This document shows positions 47,598 through 57,790 of a DNA stretch of 64,000 nucleotides, in pieces. The DNA comes from an uncultured Desulfospira sp. (GTDB lineage: Bacteria > Desulfobacterota > Desulfobacteria > Desulfobacterales > Desulfobacteraceae): contig OY760175.1 of NCBI GenBank assembly GCA_963663165.1, forward strand, positions 1,536,001-1,600,000. The letters are read 5' to 3'. The notes beneath the pieces were generated by a model that was given only the letters and a program-made list of their open reading frames with translations, did no database searches and had not been told where the DNA came from. Position 1 is the stretch's first letter; every line of letters begins with the position of its first letter. A program made the position numbers and the translations under genes.

Positions 47598-48488
47598 ATG
47601 AAAATTACTGATCCCGAAGTGATCCGGAATGGAGAAAAAGACCTGATTGATGCGGTAAAAGAAGACCTTGACATGGAGGCGGTCAGGGATATCATCAAAA
47701 GCCGTCTGACCCCTGACGCCCTGACCTCAAAAGGGGGGCAGATCGTGGTTCATGACAATCAGGTGGCCTTCCGGCTGGACTTTGAGATCAATCTGAGCGG
47801 CAGCCTGCTGTTTGACCGGCAGGGAAATTACCTTACATCTGCTGAAGACCGGAATCTGCCTTTGGGGGAACCCGATGACGATTCCCTTGACACCCCGGAT
47901 GTCATCGCCGATGAACAGGCTCTGGACGCGTTTGATCTTGATGAGCCTGAGGACCGGGATGAACCCGAAGACCTTGACGACACCCCCCTGGACCTTGATC
48001 CCCCCCTAGAGACCGTTGAACCCGAAGCCGGGGAAGATGAGCCTGAATTAGAAACCCTTTCCCTGGAGGATTCGAACGTCCCGGATGCCGATGAAGACGA
48101 CGATGACGGACTGCACATTGATCTGCCCGATTATGATCAGGACCCTGTTGAACCCGAGAATGAAATCCTTGATATTCCCGGAGATGACGTGCCGGACCTG
48201 AAACTGGAAGATGATGAGCCCCTTGAGCTGGATGATGATGACTCCCTTGAGCTGGATGATGATGACTCCCTTGAGCTGGAGGATGCCCCCCCGGAATTGG
48301 AGATAGAAGCCGATGTCCCCGATATGGACATTGACGAGGATGCCCCCCTGGACCTGGACCTTGAAGAAGTGGACGTGGATTTAGAAGAAGAGGCCCTGGC
48401 AGATGATGAACTCTTAGATGAGGGAATTGACAACATCTTAAAAGAAAGCCGGGATTTCTGGGAGCAGAAAAAAGACCCTGACACCTGA
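47598..48488 (+). CDS. Hypothetical protein: ~80-aa folded N-terminal domain plus a very acidic low-complexity tail
   Basis: Strong RBS (AAGGAG); D/E/P/L-rich; 24-bp tandem repeat at 48220-48280 (LELDDDDS). Confidence 0.8.
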   Translation: MKITDPEVIRNGEKDLIDAVKEDLDMEAVRDIIKSRLTPDALTSKGGQIVVHDNQVAFRLDFEINLSGSLLFDRQGNYLTSAEDRNLPLGEPDDDSLDTPDVIADEQALDAFDLDEPEDRDEPEDLDDTPLDLDPPLETVEPEAGEDEPELETLSLEDSNVPDADEDDDDGLHIDLPDYDQDPVEPENEILDIPGDDVPDLKLEDDEPLELDDDDSLELDDDDSLELEDAPPELEIEADVPDMDIDEDAPLDLDLEEVDVDLEEEALADDELLDEGIDNILKESRDFWEQKKDPDT

Positions 48489-48590
48489 TACCCCGGGGAA
48501 AACCCAATCCAAAAAACTGAATCAGGCAATGCCATCCCAATAAGTTAATGACATTGAGTACCAGCCCCTTGATTCAAAAAGGACAACGCC

Positions 48591-48947
48591 ATGGATGATT
48601 TAAATGCCAGTGCCATGCCCGTGAACATGGATGAGCTAAAGGACATGATGGATAACGACATGGAACTCATCAATGATTGTTTTAACGATTATTTATCCGA
48701 CTGGCCGGAAATCTTTACTTCCATCAAAGCCGCCCTGACTGCCGCCGACTTCGGAACCATGAACAAGTCTGCCCACAAGCTCAAAGGCATGCTTCAATAC
48801 CTGTGTGCCGGCAGGGCATACCAGGCAGCGGCCGCCGTGGAATCCGGTGCGGGGAACACCCCAATCGATGATCTTTCAGGCATGATCTTAACCCTTGAAA
48901 AAGAATGCCTGGCCGTTGTCCAATATATCCGCCAGCAGTCTGCTTAA
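48591..48947 (+). CDS. Hpt (histidine phosphotransfer) domain protein
   Basis: AHKLKG motif in a helical protein of about 118 aa. Confidence 0.85.
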   Translation: MDDLNASAMPVNMDELKDMMDNDMELINDCFNDYLSDWPEIFTSIKAALTAADFGTMNKSAHKLKGMLQYLCAGRAYQAAAAVESGAGNTPIDDLSGMILTLEKECLAVVQYIRQQSA

Positions 48948-49777
48948 ATTTCGATAACGCTGCCGGTCCTGAAGGGGTTCACCCTGCGGGGCATCTGTGC
49001 GCTCATATACTTGAAGGCCTGTTCTCCGGTGCAGTGGCCCGTATAAAAAACAGTTTTTTCAAACACAGCGATTTCGCCCAACAGGGTATCCATCCGATGG
49101 GGTGACTCTGTTTTTCTCAACACCGGATTAAACAGATGAAACCCGCCGATAACCAGGTCAAACTGCCCTATTCCGGTATCTTTCTTTACACTGTTGAGCA
49201 TATTGCCGATGCCGGAGTGGGCGCATCCCGTCACCACGATGGTTTTCCCGCCATCTTCCAGGACCAGGCAAATTTCATGCTCAAAATCATCCAGCACCAG
49301 ACGCCCGGATTCATCGGTTTTACAAAGGCTTTTATTACCTTCGGGAATAAAGCCTGATGTTTCGAAATTGGTAATGATCTGCATGCCGTCTTCAACCGGA
49401 AAATTTTCTTTAATGAACCGGCATCTTGCCGGATCAATCCGGTCCACGGGAAGCCCGATATCCTTTTTCATCACCCGAAAAATCCGGGCATAATGCGGGG
49501 TCATGGCCGTGTCTTTCAGATAGACCGTGGCCTTTGAATTGACCTTTAAAAAATCCGGCAGCCCGCCCCCATGATCGTAATGGCCATGGGAAATAAATGC
49601 GATGTCAACCTGTGACAAATCAATCCCTAATTTCTGCGCATTGTCCAAAAACGTTTGATCCGGACCGGCATCAAACAGGACCTTTTTACTTGAAGTTTCA
49701 ATAAACAAACTGATGCCGTGTTTGGGAACAAGGGCGTCATCCTCGGTGGTGTTTTCCAGCAGGGTTGTAATTTTCAT
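48944..49777 (-). CDS. MBL-fold metallo-hydrolase
   Basis: HGISL, SHGHYDHGGG, GCAHSG, GGFH and GHCTG motifs. Confidence 0.88.
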   Translation of the reverse strand: MKITTLLENTTEDDALVPKHGISLFIETSSKKVLFDAGPDQTFLDNAQKLGIDLSQVDIAFISHGHYDHGGGLPDFLKVNSKATVYLKDTAMTPHYARIFRVMKKDIGLPVDRIDPARCRFIKENFPVEDGMQIITNFETSGFIPEGNKSLCKTDESGRLVLDDFEHEICLVLEDGGKTIVVTGCAHSGIGNMLNSVKKDTGIGQFDLVIGGFHLFNPVLRKTESPHRMDTLLGEIAVFEKTVFYTGHCTGEQAFKYMSAQMPRRVNPFRTGSVIEI

Positions 49778-50219
49778 TTCAATGCGGCTCCTTGATGCAG
49801 GGGTTATGATCTCAGCGTAATGTCTGATATGTTTTAGGTATCAAACCTTAGGCCAAAATGGAATAAAGTTATTAAATGGAGACCGGAAACAGGAGACTGG
49901 AGACTGGAATGCGTATACCTTAAGAATGCGCGATTTCCGGTCTCCGGTTTCCGTTTTTCCGGTCTCCATTTTTCTAATTTTTTCCCGGCCCGTTTCATTG
50001 TAGGTAAAATCCCTAGGTTGGCGTCAGAAATACTGCTCACATTTAAAATCAGACATTTGCTGATTGTTAAATTCCCCTGTCTTTCATATGTGTAGTATCA
50101 ATAACCCCTCATTCTCTCATTTTATGGCAGATGTTATTGAACCGGCTAAACAACCAACCCCCGGATGAAACATTTTCTTCCAGGGTTAAAGTCAACCATC
50201 CTAACGATAGGAGGATTCT

Positions 50220-50468
50220 ATGTTCAAAGGCATGCCGAAAATTTTCTGGGCAGGCACCGGTCTGATGTACGTTTACGTGTTTTTTTTCATGTTCCTGGAG
50301 ATGACCATCCCCGGACTTCCATTAAAGAAGGTCTTTGGGATCCCTGCCTGCTACCTGTACAACTGGTTTGTCGGACTCTGGCTCATTAACGTCATTATTT
50401 CCTTTTTGTTTTTCTCCTCTGAAGAAAAACGGGAAGCAAAATTAGATCAGGAAGGAGGCAACATATGA
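50220..50468 (+). CDS. Small two-TM partner of a solute symporter
   Basis: RBS AGGAGG; hydrophobic; overlaps the symporter start (ATGA). Confidence 0.7.
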   Translation: MFKGMPKIFWAGTGLMYVYVFFFMFLEMTIPGLPLKKVFGIPACYLYNWFVGLWLINVIISFLFFSSEEKREAKLDQEGGNI

Positions 50469-52093
50469 ATGCTAATCCTGTTGTATTGATCGGCGCTTTG
50501 GCTTATTTTCTAGTCATTTTCTACATTGGGTGGACCTCAAGAAAAGCCTCCCTTGACGCATCTGATTTTTATGTGGCAGGCAGAAAGGTTGGGCCGTTTG
50601 TCAACGGCAGCGCCCTGGCAGCCACCTATTTCAGCCCGGCCAGTTTCCTTGGGCTTCCCGCATTTATCTTTCTGCTGGGCTACCCCTTCTGGTGGGCACT
50701 GGTCGGCATCATCGGCGGCATGCCCATTGCCACGCTGTTAACGGCAGCCCCGTTAAGAAAGTATGAGCCCACATCCTTTACCGATTATTATGCAGACCGG
50801 TATGAGACCAAATGGATGCGCCTTTGGGCAGCCATCCCCACCGTTATCGGCGGGTTTGCCTACGTTATCCTGTCCATCGTGGGTACGGCATTGTTCCTGT
50901 TGTGTATCCTGAAACTGAACTTTACCATTTCCGTTATCCTGGCGTCCATCATCGTATTTGCCTATGTTTACTACGGCGGCATGGTGGCCACCACCTTTTC
51001 AACGGCCTTCCAGGGCATTGCCATGACCGTGGCTTCCCTTGTTGCGGCGGTATACGTTCTGGGCCATTACGGCGGATTCAACGGCCTGACCGATGCGGTT
51101 CTGTCCAACAGCGCCAATTTCTTTAACATGCCCTATGTCGCTGAAAAGGCATCCCATCCGTTGATGGCGACCTGGACCGGGGTTGTGGGCTTCTTTTTTG
51201 TATGGCATTTCGGGTTCTCCGCCATGCCGTACACAGTTGTCCGCTTCTTCACCTCCCAGGATATCAAATCCGCCCGCCGGAGCGTGTTCTGGGCCGTATT
51301 GATCGGCGGCGCCATGTATGCCGGCCTGATCATCATCGGTACCGGCACCAAGGTTCTGATCGAACAATTGCATCCCCTTATGCAGACCAACGGCATTGAC
51401 AGCGCCATCGGGTTGTTAAAGCACATGAAAACCGCTTACGGCGTTGCCGGTGCATCGGTTACGGATTACTCCATGATTGCTGCCATGGAAGCCCTGAACA
51501 GCCCCTTCCTGCTGGCAGTCATCGCTGCCGGCGGTCTGGCCATTGCCATGGCTACCGCAGCCGGCTGGACCATGGTGTTGAACATCGTTCTTGGCAGGGA
51601 CCTGATCGGCAAGGTCTTCGGATCTTCCTGGCCTGAAGAAAAACCGGTTCAGTGTACCCGGTACATGACCATCTTCACCATCCTGGTCTGCGGCCTGCTG
51701 TCCTTTAAGCCGCCGGCACTGGTTCTGGATATCTCCGGTGCGGCATTTACCGTTATCCTGTGTTCCGTAGGTCCCCCACTGATCTTAGGTCTCTGGTGGG
51801 AACGGGGCACCACCATCGCGGCTACTTTGAATATCCTTGTCATGACCGTATGTTCGGCCGGATCATGGATGTATGCCAAATATACCCTGGGCAGCTACCA
51901 CTGGTTCTTCTTAAGTGACCCTGCCAATAAACTGTCCACTCCCCATCAGTTTTACTGGGTATTTATCGGGTTTTTCTTTTACATCGCCATCAGCCTGATC
52001 ACACCCAAGAACAGTGAAGAGGCCATCCAGAAATATGTACGGAATTTAAGGCCGAGACAGGCCGGATCTGATCAGGTTCGAACCACTGAATAA
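50465..52093 (+). CDS. Sodium:solute symporter (ActP-like subgroup)
   Basis: DFYVAGR, NGSALAA.Y.S.ASFLG, GGM.ATT and VRFFT....SAR.S motifs. Confidence 0.88.
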   Translation: MNANPVVLIGALAYFLVIFYIGWTSRKASLDASDFYVAGRKVGPFVNGSALAATYFSPASFLGLPAFIFLLGYPFWWALVGIIGGMPIATLLTAAPLRKYEPTSFTDYYADRYETKWMRLWAAIPTVIGGFAYVILSIVGTALFLLCILKLNFTISVILASIIVFAYVYYGGMVATTFSTAFQGIAMTVASLVAAVYVLGHYGGFNGLTDAVLSNSANFFNMPYVAEKASHPLMATWTGVVGFFFVWHFGFSAMPYTVVRFFTSQDIKSARRSVFWAVLIGGAMYAGLIIIGTGTKVLIEQLHPLMQTNGIDSAIGLLKHMKTAYGVAGASVTDYSMIAAMEALNSPFLLAVIAAGGLAIAMATAAGWTMVLNIVLGRDLIGKVFGSSWPEEKPVQCTRYMTIFTILVCGLLSFKPPALVLDISGAAFTVILCSVGPPLILGLWWERGTTIAATLNILVMTVCSAGSWMYAKYTLGSYHWFFLSDPANKLSTPHQFYWVFIGFFFYIAISLITPKNSEEAIQKYVRNLRPRQAGSDQVRTTE

Positions 52094-52182
52094 CGGCCAC
52101 GGGCAGCCTTGGTTATCCAACCAAGAACCGCCCCACAACAAATAATGAAAGTCTTCTCAAGAGGTTAGTGAGACTTTCATAT
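52091..52182 (+). repeat. Family A element
   Basis: Begins with the symporter TAA stop; near-identical to the 24602-24693 copy. Confidence 0.9.
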
Positions 52183-52332
52183 AAAACACCATGGGCAGGC
52201 CTTTAACTTAGGGTTAAGGCCTGCCCTATCCCCAAAAATGAAAACCCCCGAACACACCCGGCCGGTTCTTTCATTTACCATATTTATACGGCTCAACCCA
52301 TTATCAACATTCACAACAGGGAGAAACAAGAC

Positions 52333-54012
52333 GTGAATACGCCCAATATTGACATAGGCAATACCACTATCAGTGATCTGATCGACACCCTGGCCAAAGA
52401 TTTCGGCGATGATAAAGCCCTGGTCTATAACCGCTTTGGCATCGACTATAATTTCAGGGAATTCAAACAAATTTGTGAAGATGTTGCCAAAGGCCTGATC
52501 GGACTTGGCATCCAAAAAGACGAAAAAGTCGCCATCTGGGCCAACAACGTGCCCGAATGGGTTTGCTTCCAGTATGGCAGTGCCAAAACCGGTGCGGTCA
52601 TGGTCACGGTAAACACCAACTATAGAAGCTTTGAACTTGAATATCTGTTGCAGCAGTCTGATTCCACCACCCTGGTCATGATCGGCGGTGTCAGGGAAAA
52701 AGACGAATACATCAATGTCATCAAAGAGTTAATCCCGGATCTGGACACCACAGAACCCGGACAGATAAAATCGGACAAACTGCCCTTTTTCAAACGGATC
52801 GTTTTTATCGGCGAAGATACCCTCAAAGGGGCTTACAGCTGGAATGACATGATTGAGGCCGGCAAATCCGTTTCCGATGAAGACCTTGCGGCCAGAATCG
52901 CCACACTTAAACCCGATGACGTGGTCAACATGCAGTACACTTCCGGCACCACCGGATTCCCCAAAGGGGTAATGCTCACCCATACCAACCTGATCGGAAA
53001 TGCCAAAAGCATGGCCGAATGCATGCGGCTTTCCACCAAGGACACCATGTGCATCCCGGTACCCTTCTTCCACTGCTTTGGCTGTGTTATCGGCACCCTT
53101 TGCTGTATGGTGTCGGCCACCACCATGGCCCCGGTTGTGGCATTTACCGCCAAGGATGTCATGGAAACCATTGACCGGGAAAAATGCTCGGTCATCCTCG
53201 GGGTTCCCACCATGTTTATCGCGGAACTTGAAGAGATGGGCAATAAATCTTATGACACCTCTCATCTGCGGACCGGTGTCATGGCCGGCTCCCCCTGCCC
53301 CATTGAGGTCATGAAGGCCGTGGTGGACAAAATGGGCGCCTCGGAAATGACCATTGTCTACGGCCAGACCGAAACCTCTCCGGGCATCACCCAGACCCGG
53401 GTGGACGACTCCCTTGAACTGCGGGTCACCACCGTGGGCCGGGCCCTGCCGGGCGTTGAGGTTAAAATCGTCGATGATATCACGGGTGAAGATGTGCCCC
53501 CGGGGGTCCAGGGAGAGCTTTGCTCCAGGGGCTATAATACCATGAAGGGGTATTATAAAAACGAAGAAGCCACCAAGAAAACCATTGATAAGGACAACTG
53601 GCTGCATACCGGGGACCTGGCCATCATGGACGAGGACGGCAACTGCAAGATCACCGGAAGAATCAAGGATATGATTATCCGCGGCGGTGAGAATATCTAT
53701 CCCCGGGAGATTGAGGAATTCCTTTACACCAACGAAAAGATCAGGGATGTCCAGGTGGTGGGCGTGGCCAGCAAAAAATACGGCGAAGAAGTGGCGGCGT
53801 TTATCCAGCTGAAACCCGGCACCTCAGCAACAGAAGAAGAGTTCAAAGAATTCTGTACCGGCAAGATTGCCTTCCACAAAATTCCGAAATTCTTCCTGTT
53901 TGTGGATGAATATCCCACCACGGCCAGCGGCAAGATCCAGAAATATAAACTCAGGGAAACCGCTGTTCAGATGCTTGAAAGGGAGGAGGACGCCAAGATC
54001 AAAACCGCATAG
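52333..54012 (+). CDS. AMP-forming acyl-CoA synthetase
   Basis: YTSGTTGFPKG, YGQTE, TGD, GRIKD.IIRGGEN and SGKIQK motifs. Confidence 0.93.
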   Translation: MNTPNIDIGNTTISDLIDTLAKDFGDDKALVYNRFGIDYNFREFKQICEDVAKGLIGLGIQKDEKVAIWANNVPEWVCFQYGSAKTGAVMVTVNTNYRSFELEYLLQQSDSTTLVMIGGVREKDEYINVIKELIPDLDTTEPGQIKSDKLPFFKRIVFIGEDTLKGAYSWNDMIEAGKSVSDEDLAARIATLKPDDVVNMQYTSGTTGFPKGVMLTHTNLIGNAKSMAECMRLSTKDTMCIPVPFFHCFGCVIGTLCCMVSATTMAPVVAFTAKDVMETIDREKCSVILGVPTMFIAELEEMGNKSYDTSHLRTGVMAGSPCPIEVMKAVVDKMGASEMTIVYGQTETSPGITQTRVDDSLELRVTTVGRALPGVEVKIVDDITGEDVPPGVQGELCSRGYNTMKGYYKNEEATKKTIDKDNWLHTGDLAIMDEDGNCKITGRIKDMIIRGGENIYPREIEEFLYTNEKIRDVQVVGVASKKYGEEVAAFIQLKPGTSATEEEFKEFCTGKIAFHKIPKFFLFVDEYPTTASGKIQKYKLRETAVQMLEREEDAKIKTA

Positions 54013-54050
54013 TCAGTATTTGATAAGGCAATAGCTTAAAACAAATCATC

Positions 54051-54090
54051 ACAGGAAAGGCAGGCTTTAAACAGCCTGCCTTTCCTGTTT
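54051..54090. terminator. Hairpin between convergent genes
   Basis: ACAGGAAAGGCAGGCT...AGCCTGCCTTTCCTGT. Confidence 0.75.
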
Positions 54091-54206
54091 ACAAATCTGT
54101 CGATTCCCGAATTAACCTTCCGGCCTGCGGTCTTACGGTTTCCGGTCTCCCTTTTTCCGGTCTCCTTCTTCCTTTTTCCGGTCTCCTTCTTCTTCCGGTC
54201 TCCGTT

Positions 54207-55109
54207 TTATTTTATTGGTTTTCTGGCAAAGGACTCCGGTGCTGCAAACAGATTGGAATCCAGGGCAGCGGTCTCAAGCACCTTGGTCAACACCGTGGTC
54301 TCCTCTTTAAGGACCTTGTCGATTCTTTTGGCCGGTTTATCCTCATAATTCTGGACATAGGCACCCTCTAAACGGAACTGGCTTTTAACGGCATACCCGT
54401 CAATTTTTGAAAGGTCAGTTTCAATATCGGCAAGATCCTGGGGAAAATAACTGAGCAGATCGCCTAAAAGCCCGAGCCGGTAACGGTCCACCCCGGTTTT
54501 ATTAGAAAGATCCTTATTAAATTTCATGACCAGGTCGTATCCGTCAACCTCGGTGGTCAGCCACAGAGACTGAGTAATTTGGGTCAGGCTTTTGGCATTT
54601 TTCTTTTTGTCAAAGGTTTCAAGGTTGAGATGAACATCCACCCGCCGGGTTGAATATCCGTTTACGGTTTCCGGCTCATCATGAAATTCAAAGGATATCC
54701 GGGGAGGGGAGACCTCATACCGGTCTTTTAAAAATTCTTCGCGCTCCTTGGCTAACGGGTTTCGTTTATTATACCATTGCGGGTCAGAGATCTGGTCAAT
54801 GGGATACACATAGACATACCGGTTTTCCCAGTCCACCTCGGACACATAATTGCCCTTTAAATCAAATTCGCTGGTCTCTCTAACGGTTTTCACCTTGCCG
54901 AAAAACCGTTTTAACAGGCTGCCCTGGTACCGGGTTTCCTTGTCCATGTATTTGGCCGCATCCGTATAGCCCACCTGCATCAGGGCGCTGGTTTCGCCGA
55001 GCATCCAGTCATGGCTCTGGATTTTGTGGGTAAACAGCACATCAGCGGCCGCAGCCGGCCCCATCCACATCAAAAGGAACATTCCCAGGGTGATCAATCG
55101 AAATCCCAT
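54207..55109 (-). CDS. Secreted hypothetical protein (DUF4412/GLPGLI-like features)
   Basis: Signal peptide AAA/D; ETVNGY, LWLT and C-terminal F.AP.SF. Confidence 0.6.
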   Translation of the reverse strand: MGFRLITLGMFLLMWMGPAAAADVLFTHKIQSHDWMLGETSALMQVGYTDAAKYMDKETRYQGSLLKRFFGKVKTVRETSEFDLKGNYVSEVDWENRYVYVYPIDQISDPQWYNKRNPLAKEREEFLKDRYEVSPPRISFEFHDEPETVNGYSTRRVDVHLNLETFDKKKNAKSLTQITQSLWLTTEVDGYDLVMKFNKDLSNKTGVDRYRLGLLGDLLSYFPQDLADIETDLSKIDGYAVKSQFRLEGAYVQNYEDKPAKRIDKVLKEETTVLTKVLETAALDSNLFAAPESFARKPIK

Positions 55110-55111
55110 GC

Positions 55112-55348
55112 TTACACCCCGATAATTTTTTCATGGATAAACACCCCGGCAAACATGGTTGCCAAAGGGATGGCAATGCCGAATACAGACCCCCACAGGA
55201 CACTTCCCGAAGGATCAAACCCGTAGGGCTTGGTAAAATACAACACAAAATTAATGCCCACACCCGCAAAAAAGTAAATGTGATACCATTTTCTCCGGTT
55301 CAGATGCCAAGATTCAATTTTTTCCTGCCGGGTCTTTTGTTCTGCCAT
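55112..55348 (-). CDS. Small two-TM membrane protein
   Basis: RBS AGGGG; two hydrophobic segments; 2 bp from the next gene. Confidence 0.65.
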   Translation of the reverse strand: MAEQKTRQEKIESWHLNRRKWYHIYFFAGVGINFVLYFTKPYGFDPSGSVLWGSVFGIAIPLATMFAGVFIHEKIIGV

Positions 55349-55491
55349 TTTGTCCCCTTTCGTTGTTGGTTAAGCTTTTAGCTATTAGCCTTTAGCTGTT
55401 AGCCATTAGCTATGAGCTGTCAGCTATGAGCTGTTAGTTATGAGCTGATGACTAATCCAACAGCTAACGGCTAAAAGCTAACAGCTATTCA

Positions 55492-56691
55492 TCATATACA
55501 TACCGGAAAACTCTGGGCCATCCGTTTTCTCACACGGTTTTTGACGGCAATTTCATTCACATCAATTTTAAGATCTTCAAGGCAGCGATCCATGGAGCCC
55601 TTGTCATCAATCACTTCAGGGTGGGCGCTGATCATGTCAAAAAACCCTTTCACCACCTTGGGGTCAAATTGGATATTCACACCTTTTTTAAGGCCTTCAA
55701 TGGCCTGGTCAATGCTCATTTTCGGCATCTGCCCCCGCCCGGACAACATGGTTTCAAATGCATCGCACACGGACAATATCCTTGCCCCGAGCGGAATGTT
55801 ATCCCCCTTAAGCCCGGCGGGATAGCCGCTCCCGTCATACCGCTCATGATGGCAAAGAATCAGCGGGGCCAGGTTGTTTAAAAATGGCAGGGGTTTGATA
55901 ATCCGGGCACCGATTTCAGGGTGCTTTTTGACCCGGTCCATCTCCTTGGCCGTAAGTCCGCCCAGTTTCTGCAAAATATAATCATCCATGCCGATTTTAC
56001 CGATATCGTGCAGCAGGCCGGCATGGTAAATCTCACTGACCTGTTCAGCCACAAGCCCCATTTGCCGGGCTGTTTTTCGGGCAAAATCCGCCACCCTGAC
56101 CGAATGGCCGTGGGTATCCTCATCCTTGGCTTCCAGGGCCAGGGCAAACCCTTCGACGATTCTTCGAAGGGTTTCAAGCATTTTTTCGTCATAGGACAGG
56201 GTCCGCTGCAGGGCAATGGCCCCCTGCTCTCCCAGGGCACGGACCAGCTGCTGTTCATGCGGTTCAATTTTCTTGTAACTGCCAAAATAGTAAATTGCCA
56301 GAATTCCCGAATAATTGCCGGTAATATGGAAAACAAATCCATGGATAGACCCCACCAGCCGCTTGCCCAACCGTTCAAGGTCGGGGAGGCGGTCATCTTC
56401 CCGGGCATTTTCCACCACCACCATGTCGTCCCCTGCCCCGGGATCAAATACCCTAACCAGGCTGTCGTAATCCACCAGTTCCAGGCTCCGGTAAGAAAAC
56501 CCATGGGAAATTTTGGTTTCAATCTGCCGGGTGCCGGTATCCACAATCCAGAATATACAGCCTTTGGCATCCAGAATTTCAGTGATATGGCTGACAATCC
56601 CTTCCAAAACATCTTTGGTGCTTTCCCCGGAATGGATGGCCTTGCTGACCTGGGAAAAAACCTTGAAATACCTTGAATACTCATCCGTCAT
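55492..56691 (-). CDS. GAF + HD-GYP domain protein
   Basis: N-terminal GAF-like domain; HSVRVA, LHDIGK and HHERYDGSGYP motifs. Confidence 0.9.
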   Translation of the reverse strand: MTDEYSRYFKVFSQVSKAIHSGESTKDVLEGIVSHITEILDAKGCIFWIVDTGTRQIETKISHGFSYRSLELVDYDSLVRVFDPGAGDDMVVVENAREDDRLPDLERLGKRLVGSIHGFVFHITGNYSGILAIYYFGSYKKIEPHEQQLVRALGEQGAIALQRTLSYDEKMLETLRRIVEGFALALEAKDEDTHGHSVRVADFARKTARQMGLVAEQVSEIYHAGLLHDIGKIGMDDYILQKLGGLTAKEMDRVKKHPEIGARIIKPLPFLNNLAPLILCHHERYDGSGYPAGLKGDNIPLGARILSVCDAFETMLSGRGQMPKMSIDQAIEGLKKGVNIQFDPKVVKGFFDMISAHPEVIDDKGSMDRCLEDLKIDVNEIAVKNRVRKRMAQSFPVCI

Positions 56692-56734
56692 TGGGGTGCC
56701 TGTCCTTGTCTCAATAATAATCTTAACATCCCCG

Positions 56735-57790
56735 TTATGAAAAAAAGTTCAGCGGAATCTGGGTAAACCGGTTCCGGATCATCTTTTGCATATGGGATGC
56801 GGACATAAAGGCATTCCTTAGAAGCCTCTGATCGTCCGGGGTTAATGTTGAGGGGTCAATGCAGTTGTCAGGGGCAAGGTCTTGTCTGATTTTTGAAAGG
56901 TTGGTCTGGATTCGAAGCCTTGCAAAGACCTCAAAGGCCGTAGAAAAAAAACCGGCCTGTTTTTTGGAGAATACCCCGAGGCCGGTCAGCTGTTTGATCC
57001 GCCCGAGGGTAGAGGTTTCGGTGATCCGGTTGTTGACGGCAAACATCCGTGAGCCGTTAACCATATGAACAATACCGGTTTTTAAATTCACCTGGTTTTT
57101 GCGGGGCCCGTCTTTGTTGGTCTGGATTCTGCCCACAAGGTCAATGGGGATCTGGAAGCGCAGATCTTCCTGGGTCAGCATATGGTTGATTTTTTCAGGG
57201 GATTCAAATGCCTTGAAGATGCTGTCCCAAAGTTTTTGGGCCAAATAATTTTGGCCCCATACGGGCCTGAAATCCAGCAGAATGGTCATGGTAATGCAGT
57301 CCTCAGGGTCAAGGGAGCGGGACCATTGCTCAATATACCGGGACCATTGGGAAATAGACCGCCGCCATTTGGGGTTGACGGCCATGACATTGCCGGTGCA
57401 TAAATCAAACCCGCACCGGTCAAGCCCGTGAACCACCATATGGGCAAACTGTTGAAACCATTCATCCACCACCTCAGGATCCTGGCCATTGGGATCATCA
57501 TAGATCAGCCCATTGTCCTGGTCGGTCCGCAGGGCCTGTTCGTGGCGGGCGTCACTGCCCATGTTGATCCAGCAATAGTCAACCGGCGGCCCCCCAAGCC
57601 CCTGCTCAATCATCTGTTGTTCACACAGGCAGATCATGTCCTGGTTCAGGCGGTCATGCAGGCCGGACATGGTTTCGAGAATTGCAGGCAAAGGGGTTCC
57701 GTCAGCCATCAGCGATTCAAGGGTTGTGTCCATGTCGCCGGCGGCCAAAACCAGTTCATCAACGGTTTTGAACGGCCCGGTACGCTGCAT
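56735..57790 (-). CDS. DUF294 nucleotidyltransferase-like protein (no cNMP or CBS domains)
   Basis: MGS.AR.EQ...TDQDNG, C.GNVMA.NP.W and LDFR motifs. Confidence 0.85.
   Translation of the reverse strand: MQRTGPFKTVDELVLAAGDMDTTLESLMADGTPLPAILETMSGLHDRLNQDMICLCEQQMIEQGLGGPPVDYCWINMGSDARHEQALRTDQDNGLIYDDPNGQDPEVVDEWFQQFAHMVVHGLDRCGFDLCTGNVMAVNPKWRRSISQWSRYIEQWSRSLDPEDCITMTILLDFRPVWGQNYLAQKLWDSIFKAFESPEKINHMLTQEDLRFQIPIDLVGRIQTNKDGPRKNQVNLKTGIVHMVNGSRMFAVNNRITETSTLGRIKQLTGLGVFSKKQAGFFSTAFEVFARLRIQTNLSKIRQDLAPDNCIDPSTLTPDDQRLLRNAFMSASHMQKMIRNRFTQIPLNFFS

Noticed and set aside
52091..52182. Family A element as an integron attC site (TAAC...GTTAG)
   Set aside because: It lacks the single long attC-type hairpin, copies follow housekeeping genes at dispersed sites, and no integrase is seen.
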